Assembly: GCF_006345805.1 (NCBI RefSeq)
Contig: NC_042997.1
Span: forward strand, 181,350,001 to 181,414,000
Direction of reading: 5' to 3'
DNA length: 64,000 bases
DNA from: Octopus sinensis
Taxonomy: Eukaryota
The notes below the pieces were generated by a model. The model searched no databases. It was not told the origin of the DNA and was given only the letters and a program-made list of their open reading frames with translations. How positions within the stretch are numbered: position 1 is the stretch's first letter; every line of letters begins with the position of its first letter. The translations under genes were made by a program, and so were the position numbers. Below are positions 51,782 to 64,000 of this stretch, piece by piece.

Positions 51782-51845
<64 letters not shown>

Positions 51846-52624
51846 TAGTAAGGGTGAAGTACAGATAAAACTTTTTGATAAAGCCGAAAACGTGCGAAAT
51901 GAATACAAAATAAACTACGAATTGAAGCCAGAACAACAGTTGTAGTCTTGCTTTGTATTTTTGCATTTCGATATTTCGATGTTATGACTCCTGCTTCATG
52001 ACACATGGAAAAATGAGAGGTGGCACAAGGTCTGTCTGCTTCGTGTAGCTGTTTTCTATAGTTTAAAACTGTCTCAGTTAAGTAGTAAAGAGGGTCTTCT
52101 TGATGCAAAGGTTACCTGTATTACATTCAGTGGATCTGATGGCTACTGTGCGCGCACACACAGACACATGCCTGTGAATTTGGAGTGTGGTTTTGAATGT
52201 CGCTTTAGAATGTTTTACAGCATTTGTTTTGTCGGCACAGTGAATTCAAATCCAGCCGAGATCAACTTCATTTCCCATTCTTTCAGAATCGATATATAAA
52301 AAACCGGCCAAAGGCAATGAATTGACAGAATTGTTAGGTGTGCAATACATAAACACACACGCGCGCGCGCAAATGTTTTCTTTTTATGATTTACTTCTTT
52401 TTACTGGAACATCTACTTCAAGTTATTTTGGCGATCATATCTACCCAGTATTTATTTCCGTTTGTATTTGTTTGTTCAGTCTATATTTATTGAATTGTTA
52501 AGTTGTCCTTTTGACACAACATCGGCTTTACATCGTTAAACATAGACACAAAGACTGATAAATATATCATATGCAACACATTTCTAGTTTCTACCTGCCA
52601 AACTTCACACTCACAAAAGTCGCG

Positions 52625-52890
52625 ACAGAGTCGATTTTGTATTTCATGACTTCGAGCAGCGGAGGAAGGAAGCGGTCAATAAATTAAGATGACACCCCAA
52701 CTACCCCACGCCGCCGCCGCCACCACCACCACCGCCGCCGACGCCGCCGCAGCCACCACCACACCACCACCACCACCACCACCACCACCACCACAATCAC
52801 CACCACTACCACCACTACCACCACCACCACCACCTACCGCTTCCTCCGAAATTGCTGGCCTTGTGCCAAAATTTGAAGCCAATATTTGAA
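52625..52890 (+). mobile_element. Degenerate SINE A (alternative tail) with expanded (CCG)/(CCA)n tract
   Basis: Core remnant agtcgattttgtatttcatg...ggtcaataaattaag and tail ccgaaattgctggccttgtgccaaaatttgaagccaat bracket the repeat. Confidence 0.65.
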
Positions 52891-53414
52891 TATATCATTA
52901 TTGCGCGAAACATTCCTAAATACGATTTAATTTTGATCAATCCTTATCGTTTGTGTAGGTATTTCTACATAAGAAACTAATACACTTTTAACTCTCCCTA
53001 CCACTATCCGTGGGCTGAATTTTTCTTACTTTATCTAATGCTTTAAAATGTGTCAAGTTTAGAGTGAAAGGGCTGTGGAAGGCAAAAGGGAGAATGAATG
53101 AGAGAAAAAAACTTAGTGTACGAGAAAGAGAAGTCTTGGAACAATGGCTAACTGGTCTAGTGTTCATATCACATCATGCAATTTATTTGTAATAATGTGC
53201 AAAATACAATTTAACTTCCCCTTGCAAAGCCACCCTAAATGTATAAATATGTCCCAGAACATGTAGAACTGTTACTATCAGATGCCATATACCATTAACT
53301 AGAGCTTCGTTATGTTTACATTGATAGTTCAGATCTTCCTACAATCCACATTGCAACCCTATTTGAAGCAAATCTATTAACTCGGCACAACATAGTGGTT
53401 GAATTAAACAATTA

Positions 53415-53633
53415 GATGTCTGGTCAGAAAGTGTCTGGAAATCTGCAAGACACCTCGCATACATCTTCCCTTACCGGTCTCCTGTTTACCAAAACTTTGT
53501 CGGAAAAAGTTATGGTCATTAGCAATAACGAAGTCTCGCTGTATCTAATGTGTGAATTTCCTGACAATGCTGCTAGCCTATCAAGTCTGCGTGTCATTAG
53601 ACCATTGCAGAGGACGTTTTCTGACCAGACATC
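53415..53633. mobile_element. mariner-type MITE
   Basis: Perfect 16-bp TIR gatgtctggtcagaaa with TA flanks (20 bp perfect including flanks). Confidence 0.85.
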
Positions 53634-53921
53634 TAATCACTACAATGTTTGATGCTGTTAACTCTCTCAAATTGCGACTGTCTCAGAGCCCGTTTATTTA
53701 TCCCGTACTCATCGATTAACAACCTACTTTCATTTCAATTCAATTAATCTTACAAACATGAAATAACCTTGTACTTTTCCTCATTTGCAACGAATAGGCA
53801 TCATTCTTATACAGTTTTAACACTTTCCAAGCAAGCACATTGTCAGTGAATGGAGATATCCAAACCACATGAATCAATGAAGGAACCGCTGCTAGTCCTT
53901 CGACTTGTTAGAAATAGTGGC

Positions 53922-54520
53922 GAGCTGGCAGAAACGTTAGCACGCCGTGCGAAATGCTTAGCGGTATTTCTTCCGTCTCTACGTTCTGAGTTCAAATTCT
54001 GCCGAGGTCGACTTTGCCTTTTATCCTTTCGGGGTCGATAAATTAAATACCAATTACACACTGGGGTCGATGTAATCGACTTAATTCCTTTGTCTGTCCT
54101 TGCTTGTCCCTTCTATGTTTAGCCCCTTGTGGGTAGTAAAGAAATAGGCATTTCTTCTGTCTTTACGTTCTGAGTTCAAATTCCGCCGAGGTCCACTTTG
54201 CCTTTCATCCTTTCGGGGTTGATAAATTAAGTACCAGTTACACACTGTGGTCGATGTAATCGACTTAATTCCCTTGTCTGTCCTTGTTTGTCCCCTCTAT
54301 GTTTAGCCCCTTGTGGGTAGTAAAGAAATAGGCATTTCTTCTGTCTTTACGTTCTGAGTTCAAATTCCGCCGAGGTCCACTTTGCCGTTCATCCTTTCGG
54401 GGTTGATAAATTAAGTACCAGTTACGCACTGGGGGTCGACGTAATCGACTTAATTCCTTTGTCTGTCCTTGTTTGTTCCCTCTATGTTAAGCTCCTTGTG
54501 GGCAATAAAGAAATAAGAAA
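53922..54520 (+). mobile_element. SINE family A trimer
   Basis: One head plus three core-tail units; agaaatagtggc at 53910-53921 and 54516-54527. Confidence 0.92.
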
Positions 54521-55221
54521 TAGTGGCCTCATGTCACACACGCCCGAATATGTAGTTCGATTACACTATTCCTGAAAAAAAAAGGAAAAAAAAAATATGG
54601 TCATGCACAGAATGCTTTTGATCGTAAGCTTTCTCAGTCGGGGATGACTTGGGGGTTAAACAACAACAACGCTAACAGCAGCTGTTTTCAGGTTAAAAGA
54701 TATTTCATCTCTAACATCTGATAACATTTTGGGTAGGAGGCCTATACGGCAATGCCCAACACTAAACAGGTGATAATATTTGAATATAAAAATAACCAAT
54801 AGGACACAGAACACATCAAAATGATAAATCAACGAGTTATGAAAGCAAGAAATAATTTTCCAGTATTGGCTATCTTATATCTCAAATTGAACTATGTTCG
54901 ACAATTAGTCTCTGGGCCCGTAGTTTGTTTATGTAAACTCAATTGTTACTGGATCTAAAGTCGAAGTTGCTCATCTTCAGAAAGGTTTAAAAAATCTCGA
55001 AAAAGTCCGAGAATGTTTATGTGCAAAGTATGATAAAAAGGAAGTGATTTAATTTCGAATCATAAAACTCCAATGAATCTATTTATATAGAAATGCTTAT
55101 GGCTTCAAAGAGAGAAATGAATTAAACAGAATGCTAGCTGTGGAAGGTGGTAGAGAGTTGAATTTCAATGAAGTGCGTAATCATTTCCGAAAGAATTACC
55201 GTAAGATATAGCGAAAGAGAC

Positions 55222-55258
<37 letters not shown>

Positions 55259-55658
55259 TAATAATAATAATAATAATAATAATGATAATAATAATAATAA
55301 TGCGTTGGCCGGTCTAAAGAATCGATGATTTATGACGATAATTACAGACAATTTAAAAACAATGAATAATAAAATCGTAGTTTTGTAAAAACAAAATCCT
55401 GACATTACCAAAAGAAAGAACGGAAGTAAAACAAAGTATAAAAGAATAAGTACCAGAAAAAACAAGACGTGTATCTACTTATAAGAGAAATAAGATGGTA
55501 GAAAAATATTTACGAGTTAGATGGCTGCATTAAAACTTGTTGAAGCTCGGACAAATGTACTGTCTGAAATTTCCACTCCTTTATTGTGTGTGTGTATACG
55601 TAATACAGACGTGTATAAATATGTGCCTGTATGTATGTGCGTGTTTGTATGTGTATTC

Positions 55659-55690
<32 letters not shown>

Positions 55691-56409
55691 TATATTATAT
55701 ATATATATATATATACATATATGAATACGCAAGCAAACAGGCACATACATACACACATATATTTACACGCATATATTACGTATATATATACACCTACGCA
55801 CGCACACGCAAACACACGTATACATAAATATAAAATTTAATTCAATCACCTCGCATGGCTAACACATCATATACCTCAGTCAGGAATGATCCCAGTATGG
55901 TTGTCTAATATATATATGTATGTATATATAAATAGAATTACTGGTGTTGTAATTAGCCTATAGGCTGAATGAAATTTCGTTATTAGCGACAGGAGCAGTA
56001 TTTGCTTAAAGTATGCTACACAAATTTCTATTTTGAACTAATACCACGCCTGTCACTAATAACCAATTACAGCGATCCTTATATTCAACTTATTTTATCA
56101 ATCTTGAAATGATGAAAGACGAAGTCGACCATGGTGAAATTTGGACTCAGAACTTAAGGAACCAGAAAAAAATGTCGCTAAGCATTTTATCCAACGCGTT
56201 AACAATTTTGCCAGCTAGCAACATTAAACATTATATAAATAACAGTATATAAATGACAAGCATACTAACTATAGACAGACAAACAATTTATCAAAATGCT
56301 CATAAAATAGAACACAAAGTGCATTACTCCAGGCCATAATAGACAATAAAAATTTATTATAGCTAGTTACTTAGTTGGTTAGGTTCTTCTGTTTAAAGAA
56401 CATGTGGCT

Positions 56410-57600
56410 ACCAGAGCTTTCCAGTCATACAACCAAATGTCAGATTACAAGCTTCATTACAACTCTTGGCATTATTCGGGAGATCTCTTTTCAGTACTGT
56501 CAGCCACTTTTTCGGATGTCCTTTTTTCACGATACTCTGTGAAAACCACCCGAGACGGAAGGAATCTATGCTGATTACATGCCTAAGCCACTTCATCCTC
56601 TTGTTGGCCTGTAACTAACTTGTCGTGAATGGGAGCCCTGAACTTAGTATCCCAGGAAGGTGAATCAGTCACGGTACCAAATGGCGGCGAGCTGGCAGAA
56701 ACGTTAGCACGCCGGGCGAAATGCGTAGTCGTATTTCGTCTGCCGTTACGTTCTGAGTTCAAATTCCGCCGAGGTCGACTTTGCCTTTCATCCTTTCGGG
56801 GTCGATTAAATAAGTACCAGTTACACACTGGGGTCGATGTAATCGACTTAATCCGTTTATCTGTCCTTGTTTGTCCTCTCTGTGTTTAGCCCCTCGTGGG
56901 TAGTAAAGAAATAGGTATGTTTTACGCATGCATTTTTGTTAGATATTCAACGTCTTCTTTATTCAATTTCCTTAATCAGAAACTACGGAGAAGATTAGAG
57001 ACGACGATGTTTGACAATAGCTGGAGTTTGATCTTCATACCGATGCTGTAAGCTTTTCAGATTCTTCTTAATTTGAGAAAAGCACTATTAGCTCTACCAA
57101 TCCTGATATTAACTTCTTTTTCCACACCTTTACATCTGATGATAATACCAAAGTACTTGAAGTATTCACATTCTTCTAGGTGTGCATAGATCAAGTTCTT
57201 AAATGACAATTACTTCAGTTTTTATCAACATCAATGATCAGATACTATTTCCACTAATACTGTATGAGCTGTTGGCCATTTCTTACTTTTTCGCTCCTCT
57301 TCAGCAAAAACAGGGCTGGTCATCTACGAAGTTCCGGTCGGGGTTCTTGTCTCTTGTCCATGCGAGTCCAATATGATGGCCTAGTGAATTCAGTATATTA
57401 TAACATCAAGGAACTAGGAAGATGAGAGTACACAACCCTTTCTCACATCTCTGTTGAATGAAAGGAAGTCAGTGTCACCTGCTTTTGCTTGTAAACAATA
57501 TTTTGAATTTAAGTAGAGACTCTTCATGATGCCGACATGCTTCTCAGAATCCTTATAGCTCCGTAGGATATTCCAGAAGGTCTCTTCTATTAATCTAAGA
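56410..57600 (-). pseudogene. RTE-clade LINE RT/thumb fragment
   Basis: VRKGCVLS...FVDD...EYFKYFGII..KEVNIRIGRANSAF...KWLRHVI...KKGHPKKW; split by a SINE. Confidence 0.85.
56683..56917 (+). mobile_element. SINE family A inserted in RTE
   Basis: Consensus match. Confidence 0.92.
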
Positions 57601-58582
57601 AATTAAGGATAAAACTTTTATGATGGTAAGATGCATTTTTTCGATTTTTTTTATGGTTTTGTATATTTTACATAAAAGCACTAAAGTTAAACAAAAAACA
57701 ACTTATATCAGTAACAATCGATAAGTATGTAAACTTTCGAAGAAGCTACAAACGACCAAAGTGATGTATACAATTGCAAAATTGGAAGCTGTAAACCGAT
57801 ACATTGTTCATGTAAGCATGACTCTCTCTCTCTTTATCTCTCTCTCCCTCTCTCTTTCGCCGGATAAAGATATACTTAGGACAAGAAGCAATTGCAAAGC
57901 ACTGCACAACACAAATTAGAAGAAAATTATATAGAAGAATCTTAGTAGATCAACACATTTATATTCCACAAAAAAACACCACCCCAAGTAGAGATTTTTT
58001 GAAAGGAATAGAACATACATAAATGGAACAGTGCGGAAACAGACGCACAGACAACATGCACTTGTCACAGAAAAAAGTGATCACCCGACTAATGATGTAT
58101 AAACTTAACACTAAAAGTTTTAATTGTAGCAGTAATAGCTACACAAGTCAGATTGGCTTTGGCGACAATAAAGAAGTAGTAACATGCCAATATTACTTCA
58201 TTATGAAGGATCAGAAAGAAATATTGAATTTTACTGTTCCAAGCTGCAAGTAGCACAAACAAAAATATAAAACCTTGATAGAAAGATAAAACAAGAACAC
58301 AGTAATGTTTTCAATGCTATATATATATATATATATATAAATTATATATTATATATATATAATATATACCTAAAAGAAAAGTGTCTCTGTCTTCTTCCCC
58401 TCCTCTCTCTCTGTCGCCCTATCTAGAAATATAATTCCTACCCAAGCTATTATTTACTGTGTGTGCTTCTTAGAATCACGTGATTCCTACTACAATGGAC
58501 GATTGTCAGGTCGGCGAAAATACCAAGAGTTATTTTTCTGTGCTTCGTGACCTTTTTAGTTTAAGTACACACACACACACAC

Positions 58583-58626
<44 letters not shown>

Positions 58627-58889
58627 ACACACACACATTATTACAAATGGTGAGAATTTATTTGTTAAAAGCAGGTCATTTACCTGAACTTTTACGCTTT
58701 CGTATTCAGTATGACATGAGTATTTTTTCTAAATAATTAAAAAATAACACCAATATAGTTTGCGCCTACTTTGTGCAGGTCTATTCCATTAAATTGGCTA
58801 GAAAATATCTCTACTGAGTCTTTTACGTACAATCACTCATTAAAAGTGTCAAACATTACCTGAGGATCACTCAAAGCATCTAAGTGTAT

Positions 58890-59123
58890 CTTTTATCTTT
58901 TACTTGCTTCCGCCAGTGGACTACTGGGGCACCGCCCTGAAGGGTTTCAGTCGAACGAATCGAACCTAGTACTAATTTTAAAATCTACTACTTATTCTAT
59001 CGATCTCTTTCGCCGAACGGCTAAGTTAGGGGAGTAGGTGTGTAAACAAACCAATACCAGTTGTCAAGCGGTGGTGGCGAGACAAGCATAAACACACACA
59101 CAGACACACAGACACACACACAC

Positions 59124-59167
<44 letters not shown>

Positions 59168-59308
59168 ACGGGCTTCTTTCAGTTTCCTTTATAAGATACA
59201 CTTACAAGTCTTGAATACACTTGTCCAATGTGCCAGACAGTGGGACTGAAATTAGAACCATGTAGTTGGGAGGCAAACTTCTTATCACACATCCACGCAT
59301 GCGCCTAC
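58890..59308 (-). mobile_element. SINE family B, diverged, internal (CA)n
   Basis: Tail, internal microsatellite and head recognisable. Confidence 0.78.
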
Positions 59309-60173
59309 AGTATAAAATTTAATAAAAAAAATGCCATTCGCATTGTTTCAGAATTCGCTGCAGACATTGCAAATAACGACTTTTGTATCGACTGGCAAAT
59401 ATAAACAGTGATAAGAAAATAGTTTGTTCGCTGAAATTATAAGCAAAGCCAATGGCTTGTTTAGGCTCAAAGATCAGAGTATTTCTGGCAAGAATGAAAA
59501 GAGTTTTATGAACACATTATCGTCGTGAAAGAGAGTTGTTCACATTTGAGGTACACAACAACGTCTGTTGGCACGTATCTGCTGGCACGTATTAAGGAGA
59601 ACACGCAAACCACCATCATAAAATTTATTTCTAGAGGGAAAAGATTAGTCATCGGGTTTGAGGTTCTGCCAGGGATAGGTTTCATCAGACAATAGCAATC
59701 GTTAATCTTTATCCTCATGCGCCTACTATAAACCAGTATACGCCTAGTTTATAAAGAAGTGTTTTTAAAAGTAAATGACGGTTGGATTGAAAAGTATAAA
59801 GAAACATTTTTATGGATCATTTGTATATGGATAAAAACATAAAATTATAAGTTAGGCTAAAATGATTAAATGAAGAAAAATATGAAGAAAAGGGGGAAAC
59901 AAGAAGAGAAAGAAGTTGAAGAAAAAATAATTGCATGATCGTTTGCTGATATATTGATATATTGATACTGATAAGTTTGTGTGCATGTTTATGTATGTGT
60001 ATTTAACTAGTTTTGCGGTTTTTATTATAACATTATCTTTACTCCTTTGGCTGATCAAGTGCTTTTCTACATCTTGAGGCCTTACCACATAATACACACA
60101 CAGACACATACACATGTATATACATACATACACACACACGCACACATATATATACATATACATATACATACAT

Positions 60174-60220
<47 letters not shown>

Positions 60221-60621
60221 CATACATACATAAACACACACACACACACACATATATATGATAAATGCCGAAATGAATTTCTGTGTGTCAGTGTGTCACA
60301 CCTTGACTCCCTCTTTCACTATTCGTGACACTTCTACTATTCCCCATGCTGGGGTCAGAGTAATAGTAGGCATAGAGACGGAGAGGGCGGTAGTAGATTG
60401 ACGTTTACGCTATGTCCACCTTCAAATTGACCCACAGTATGGTCTCTTTGAAATTCAGACAATTCCAAGGCTTCTTTTATACATGTCATGATTAAACAGT
60501 CACATATAGAACCTGAAACATAAAAATGTCAATTAATAAGCAATACAAACCTTTACAAGTTAGAATAAATATAAAGCGATGTTTTATGGGGTATTTATTT
60601 ACTTCTGTCATGTGTGTTTGT

Positions 60622-60679
<58 letters not shown>

Positions 60680-61079
60680 CACACAAAGTAACAAACTGAG
60701 GAAGAGAAATCCTTCAAAGAGGTGTGTTAAACATCCAGTTCACTGGTACGTTAGTTGGATTCGATATAAATGCAGAATACTATAATAATGCACTTAAAAA
60801 GGCAGGATACTGGAGTAGTATAGTATATATTTAATAAGAATGGGAACTACAACCAATCTTATAATAATGGAAAATTGATGGACAACGAAGTGGGTAAATA
60901 TAAAAGCTGAAAGGTATCCAGTTTATTTGTAAATAGTAATGATATGATCAACAATAGCGTTAATATTAATACGAACAAGAGTAGTAAATATAGCCTGAAT
61001 AAAAATGAATACTTTAAACTTAGGTCTAATAATAAATATACGCCATATGCCAGCCGAAATACACCCAATGATGTTAAGT

Positions 61080-61570
61080 ATAATGAAGATAATTATATTT
61101 AGTTTATCATTCCTTACGCACGACAATTAAAAACGAATCTAGTCAAACTATTTTAAGGATCTATATCTAAGCACTTTAATAAAGAACATAAATATTATAA
61201 AATAATTAATGATAAAAGGATTAGAATAGGTTTTTCAGTATCAAAAATTTGTTTAGAATTATCTCCTCCTTTAATAATAAAAGTTTGGAAATTTTCATAA
61301 TAAAAGAAAAAATAACAATAATATTACAGATAATGATCTAGCTAGAAACTTTGATTGTAGATATAAGGGTAAATGCTTATTTAATATTTTTTTAAAACGG
61401 AATAATATTGTATATAGATGTAGGGTGGATTCAGAACGAAGAAAATTTTTTTACATAGGGTCTACAGAAAATTTTATTAAAAAACGGATAGCAAACCATG
61501 AATACACCTTTAGGAATAGAGATAGGTTCAACAGTACTAGTCTAAGTTAACTAATTTGGGATTTTTTAAA
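61080..61570 (+). pseudogene. Penelope-like linker plus GIY-YIG endonuclease fragment
   Basis: FIIPYARQLKTNLVKLF*..SKHFNKEHKYYKI...DCRYKGKCL...NIVYRCRV...YIGSTENFIKKRIANHEYTFRN...NSTSLS*LIW. Confidence 0.82.
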
Positions 61571-61849
61571 TATATATGTACGTATGCATGTGTGTACATG
61601 TATGTGTGAATATGTGTATATGTATATGTATGTGTATATATGTATATGGATATATATGTATTTGTGTATGTGTGTATATATATGTATGTGTATATGTGTA
61701 TGTATGTGTATATGTGTGTGTATATATGTATATATGTGTATATATTTATGTATATATATATGTGTGTTAGAAAATATAAAATTGTTTCATTTGACTTACT
61801 AAATAAATTTAATGACCAAAATAATAATTATTATAGTATTGTATAGTTT

Positions 61850-62460
61850 ATAAATTGTATTCTTATTACAGCAATGTTGTTTGTTACTTCTGAAAGTATT
61901 GATAGAATTTGAATATACACCATATGTGGTCCCTCATTTTGTAAATAATAATATAGATTAGTCCATCGAAAACTGTATTTGTTACTTGTTTGGTTTGTGC
62001 TGATGATTTCTGTCGATTCACTAAATTCTACATTCCATGATGTGTGTATAACATCCATTATTTAAGTAACTTCAAATCTGGTTATAACTTAGAATAACTT
62101 AGATTACTCCTAAAAAATTAGCAAATTTGATTTCCTTTACCGTAGACTATAAAATCTCTCTCTCTCTCTCTCTCTTTATATATATATATGAGGTATTTTG
62201 GTTATCGCATTTACAGCCTTAAGTCTATATTAACAATTATTACGGAATTATTACAAGTATTCCCTCTGCGATAGATTAAGTAAACAAAGAGAGAAATTTT
62301 CATTAGGTTTCTGTTCATATCTACTACAGAATTATCCGTCCGAGAAAATAATAAATATAGAAGATTATTATTAGTTAATTTAAACAATAATTTTTGAGTT
62401 GTTGTATCGAAGACGTAATTGTTTATATATTTTTTGTTGCAGTTATACGTAGAAGACTTA
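61850..62460 (-). pseudogene. Possible Penelope-like RT remnant
   Basis: Weak motifs only: IYR-EGILVI (cf. YRDDG) and KEIKFANFLGV (cf. NFLDV). Confidence 0.35.
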
Positions 62461-63014
62461 GATACTTAATCATATACATTTATATACACACATATCTTAT
62501 TGTTGCATGTTGTGGTGACAAACGACTATCTTTGACATGAAAGGGTTTCAATTAGTATGAGTTTGAGATGTAATGAAGTAAATTTCGCTGGTTGTGGATT
62601 GCATTTGATTGATTGCATCGTCCGTTAAAGTGTATGTTTTTTTTTAATTGTAATTGGTGTATGATTGAATAGGTAATGCTGACGCTCATAACACAGGCAT
62701 TTGAATTAATTTTTACAATCCAGTCGTCCTTTCATACGGAATTTCGTCTTTTTTTAAAACCATGACCCTGAAGTGACTTTATATAAAATGGAGCAATGAT
62801 TATGTATATCAGAAAAATATATATAAATCGAAACAATTTGTTGGCTTTTATGGTTTTATAATTATTTATGTTATATAGTATTATGTTATGTTATATTAGT
62901 TTCATAGTATTTAATGTAATATTATAGATAAATTATTGGATTGTCAATAGTATATCTCTATACTTAATTTATCTTTACCTCCCTCTCTCTCTCCTATATA
63001 TATATATATATATT

Positions 63015-63075
<61 letters not shown>

Positions 63076-63093
63076 TATAGATATATATATATA

Positions 63094-63245
63094 TAGTTAA
63101 TCCAAATATGAAAGCACAACGCGAGGACGTGAACAAGTATGGTGTTAGTGGACGCTCAGGAAAGGAATGAAAGAAGGAGGTTTAACATTTCGAGCGGAGC
63201 TCTTCGTCAGAAATATAGGAAAAGGAAAGATCCAGGAAGGAAATA
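63094..63245 (-). mobile_element. Non-coding (TA)n-embedded unit carrying a hammerhead
   Basis: About 150-bp island between (TA)n tracts. Confidence 0.6.
63181..63213 (-). ncRNA. Minimal hammerhead motif (one CpG-type change in stem III)
   Basis: Minus: uuu-CUGACGA-A-gagc-ucc-gcuc-GAA-AUGU-U-aaa; 3-bp stem I, 4-bp stem II. Confidence 0.68.
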
Positions 63246-63246
63246 T

Positions 63247-63305
<59 letters not shown>

Positions 63306-63425
63306 TATATATATATATATATATACAGTAACAATAAAGGGTGAAATTAATTAATTTGGAATAATTATTAATTACACCAAGTAGATTTCGGCATGTAAAA
63401 GCCTCATTCGAGGAAAATTTAAGTA

Positions 63426-63533
63426 ATATTAAGCAATTAAGGGTTTAGCAACGAATTGCCTCACCTTTGACTGCTATTTCTAAATTCGGTGTGTGGTGAG
63501 GCAATTCGTTGCTAACCCTTAATTGCTTAATAT
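63426..63533. repeat. 40-bp hairpin with 29-nt loop
   Basis: 63426-63465 versus 63495-63533, 39/40 match. Confidence 0.9.
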
Positions 63534-63644
63534 ATATATATACACTATATACATATATACTTATGTATACATACATACATACATATATATATATATATCT
63601 ATCTATCTATCTATATATATATATATATATAATATATATATATA

Positions 63645-63702
<58 letters not shown>

Positions 63703-64000
63703 TATATATATATATGTATGTATGTATGTATACATAAGTATATATGTATATATGTATATTTATATCTACACACACGCACTCACACACTCCACACACGCAC
63801 GTGCGATGTATATTGTGCAAAAAAAAAAAAAACACGTGAGATTTTGAATGAAATTCAAGACGCCTTCTAGGTGTGAGGCCTCTTTTGGTCAGCTCAGGAA
63901 ACGTAGTATTTAATGCAATTAAAAGCAAGACCTGCTTATCTTAAGTTTTACGCCCACGTGTTCGAACAGGATTTTGACAGGAAGTGGCAGGTTGCGGTAG

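Noticed and set aside
52689-52889. Poly-Pro/Ala/Thr ORF
   Set aside because: (CCG)/(CCA)n expansion inside a SINE remnant.
63386-63412. Minus-strand CUCGAAUGA-ggc...gcc-GAAA hammerhead-like string
   Set aside because: Needs two core insertions, and no stem I or III pairing could be drawn.

Overview
AT-rich, repeat-saturated eukaryotic DNA with one 100-N scaffold gap (37578-37677). It is most likely from an octopod cephalopod; this is my inference from the SINE families and extreme microsatellite density, not from a database search. I find no supportable host-gene exon, and almost all long ORFs in the track are microsatellite translations. The window contains many tRNA-derived SINE copies (working names A-F); decayed LINE fragments (RTE, Jockey/CR1-like, R4/Dong-like stacked in (TAA)n, and one HERO-like R2-group element broken by a Helitron); Penelope-like (GIY-YIG) fragments; Tc1/mariner elements (DD34D-type and DD37D maT); pogo and hAT MITEs; and Helitrons. 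The most notable signal is a set of minimal type I hammerhead ribozyme motifs. One is in a Penelope-like element with inverted pseudo-LTRs. Three are in short non-coding units embedded in (TA)n, and one of these has a non-canonical CUGUAGA core. Other highlights: a covarying 3' hairpin shared by three R4/Dong-like families, SINE concatemers with a recurrent junction, a perfect SINE foldback around a foreign-looking GC-rich spacer, and an excess of local inverted duplications.
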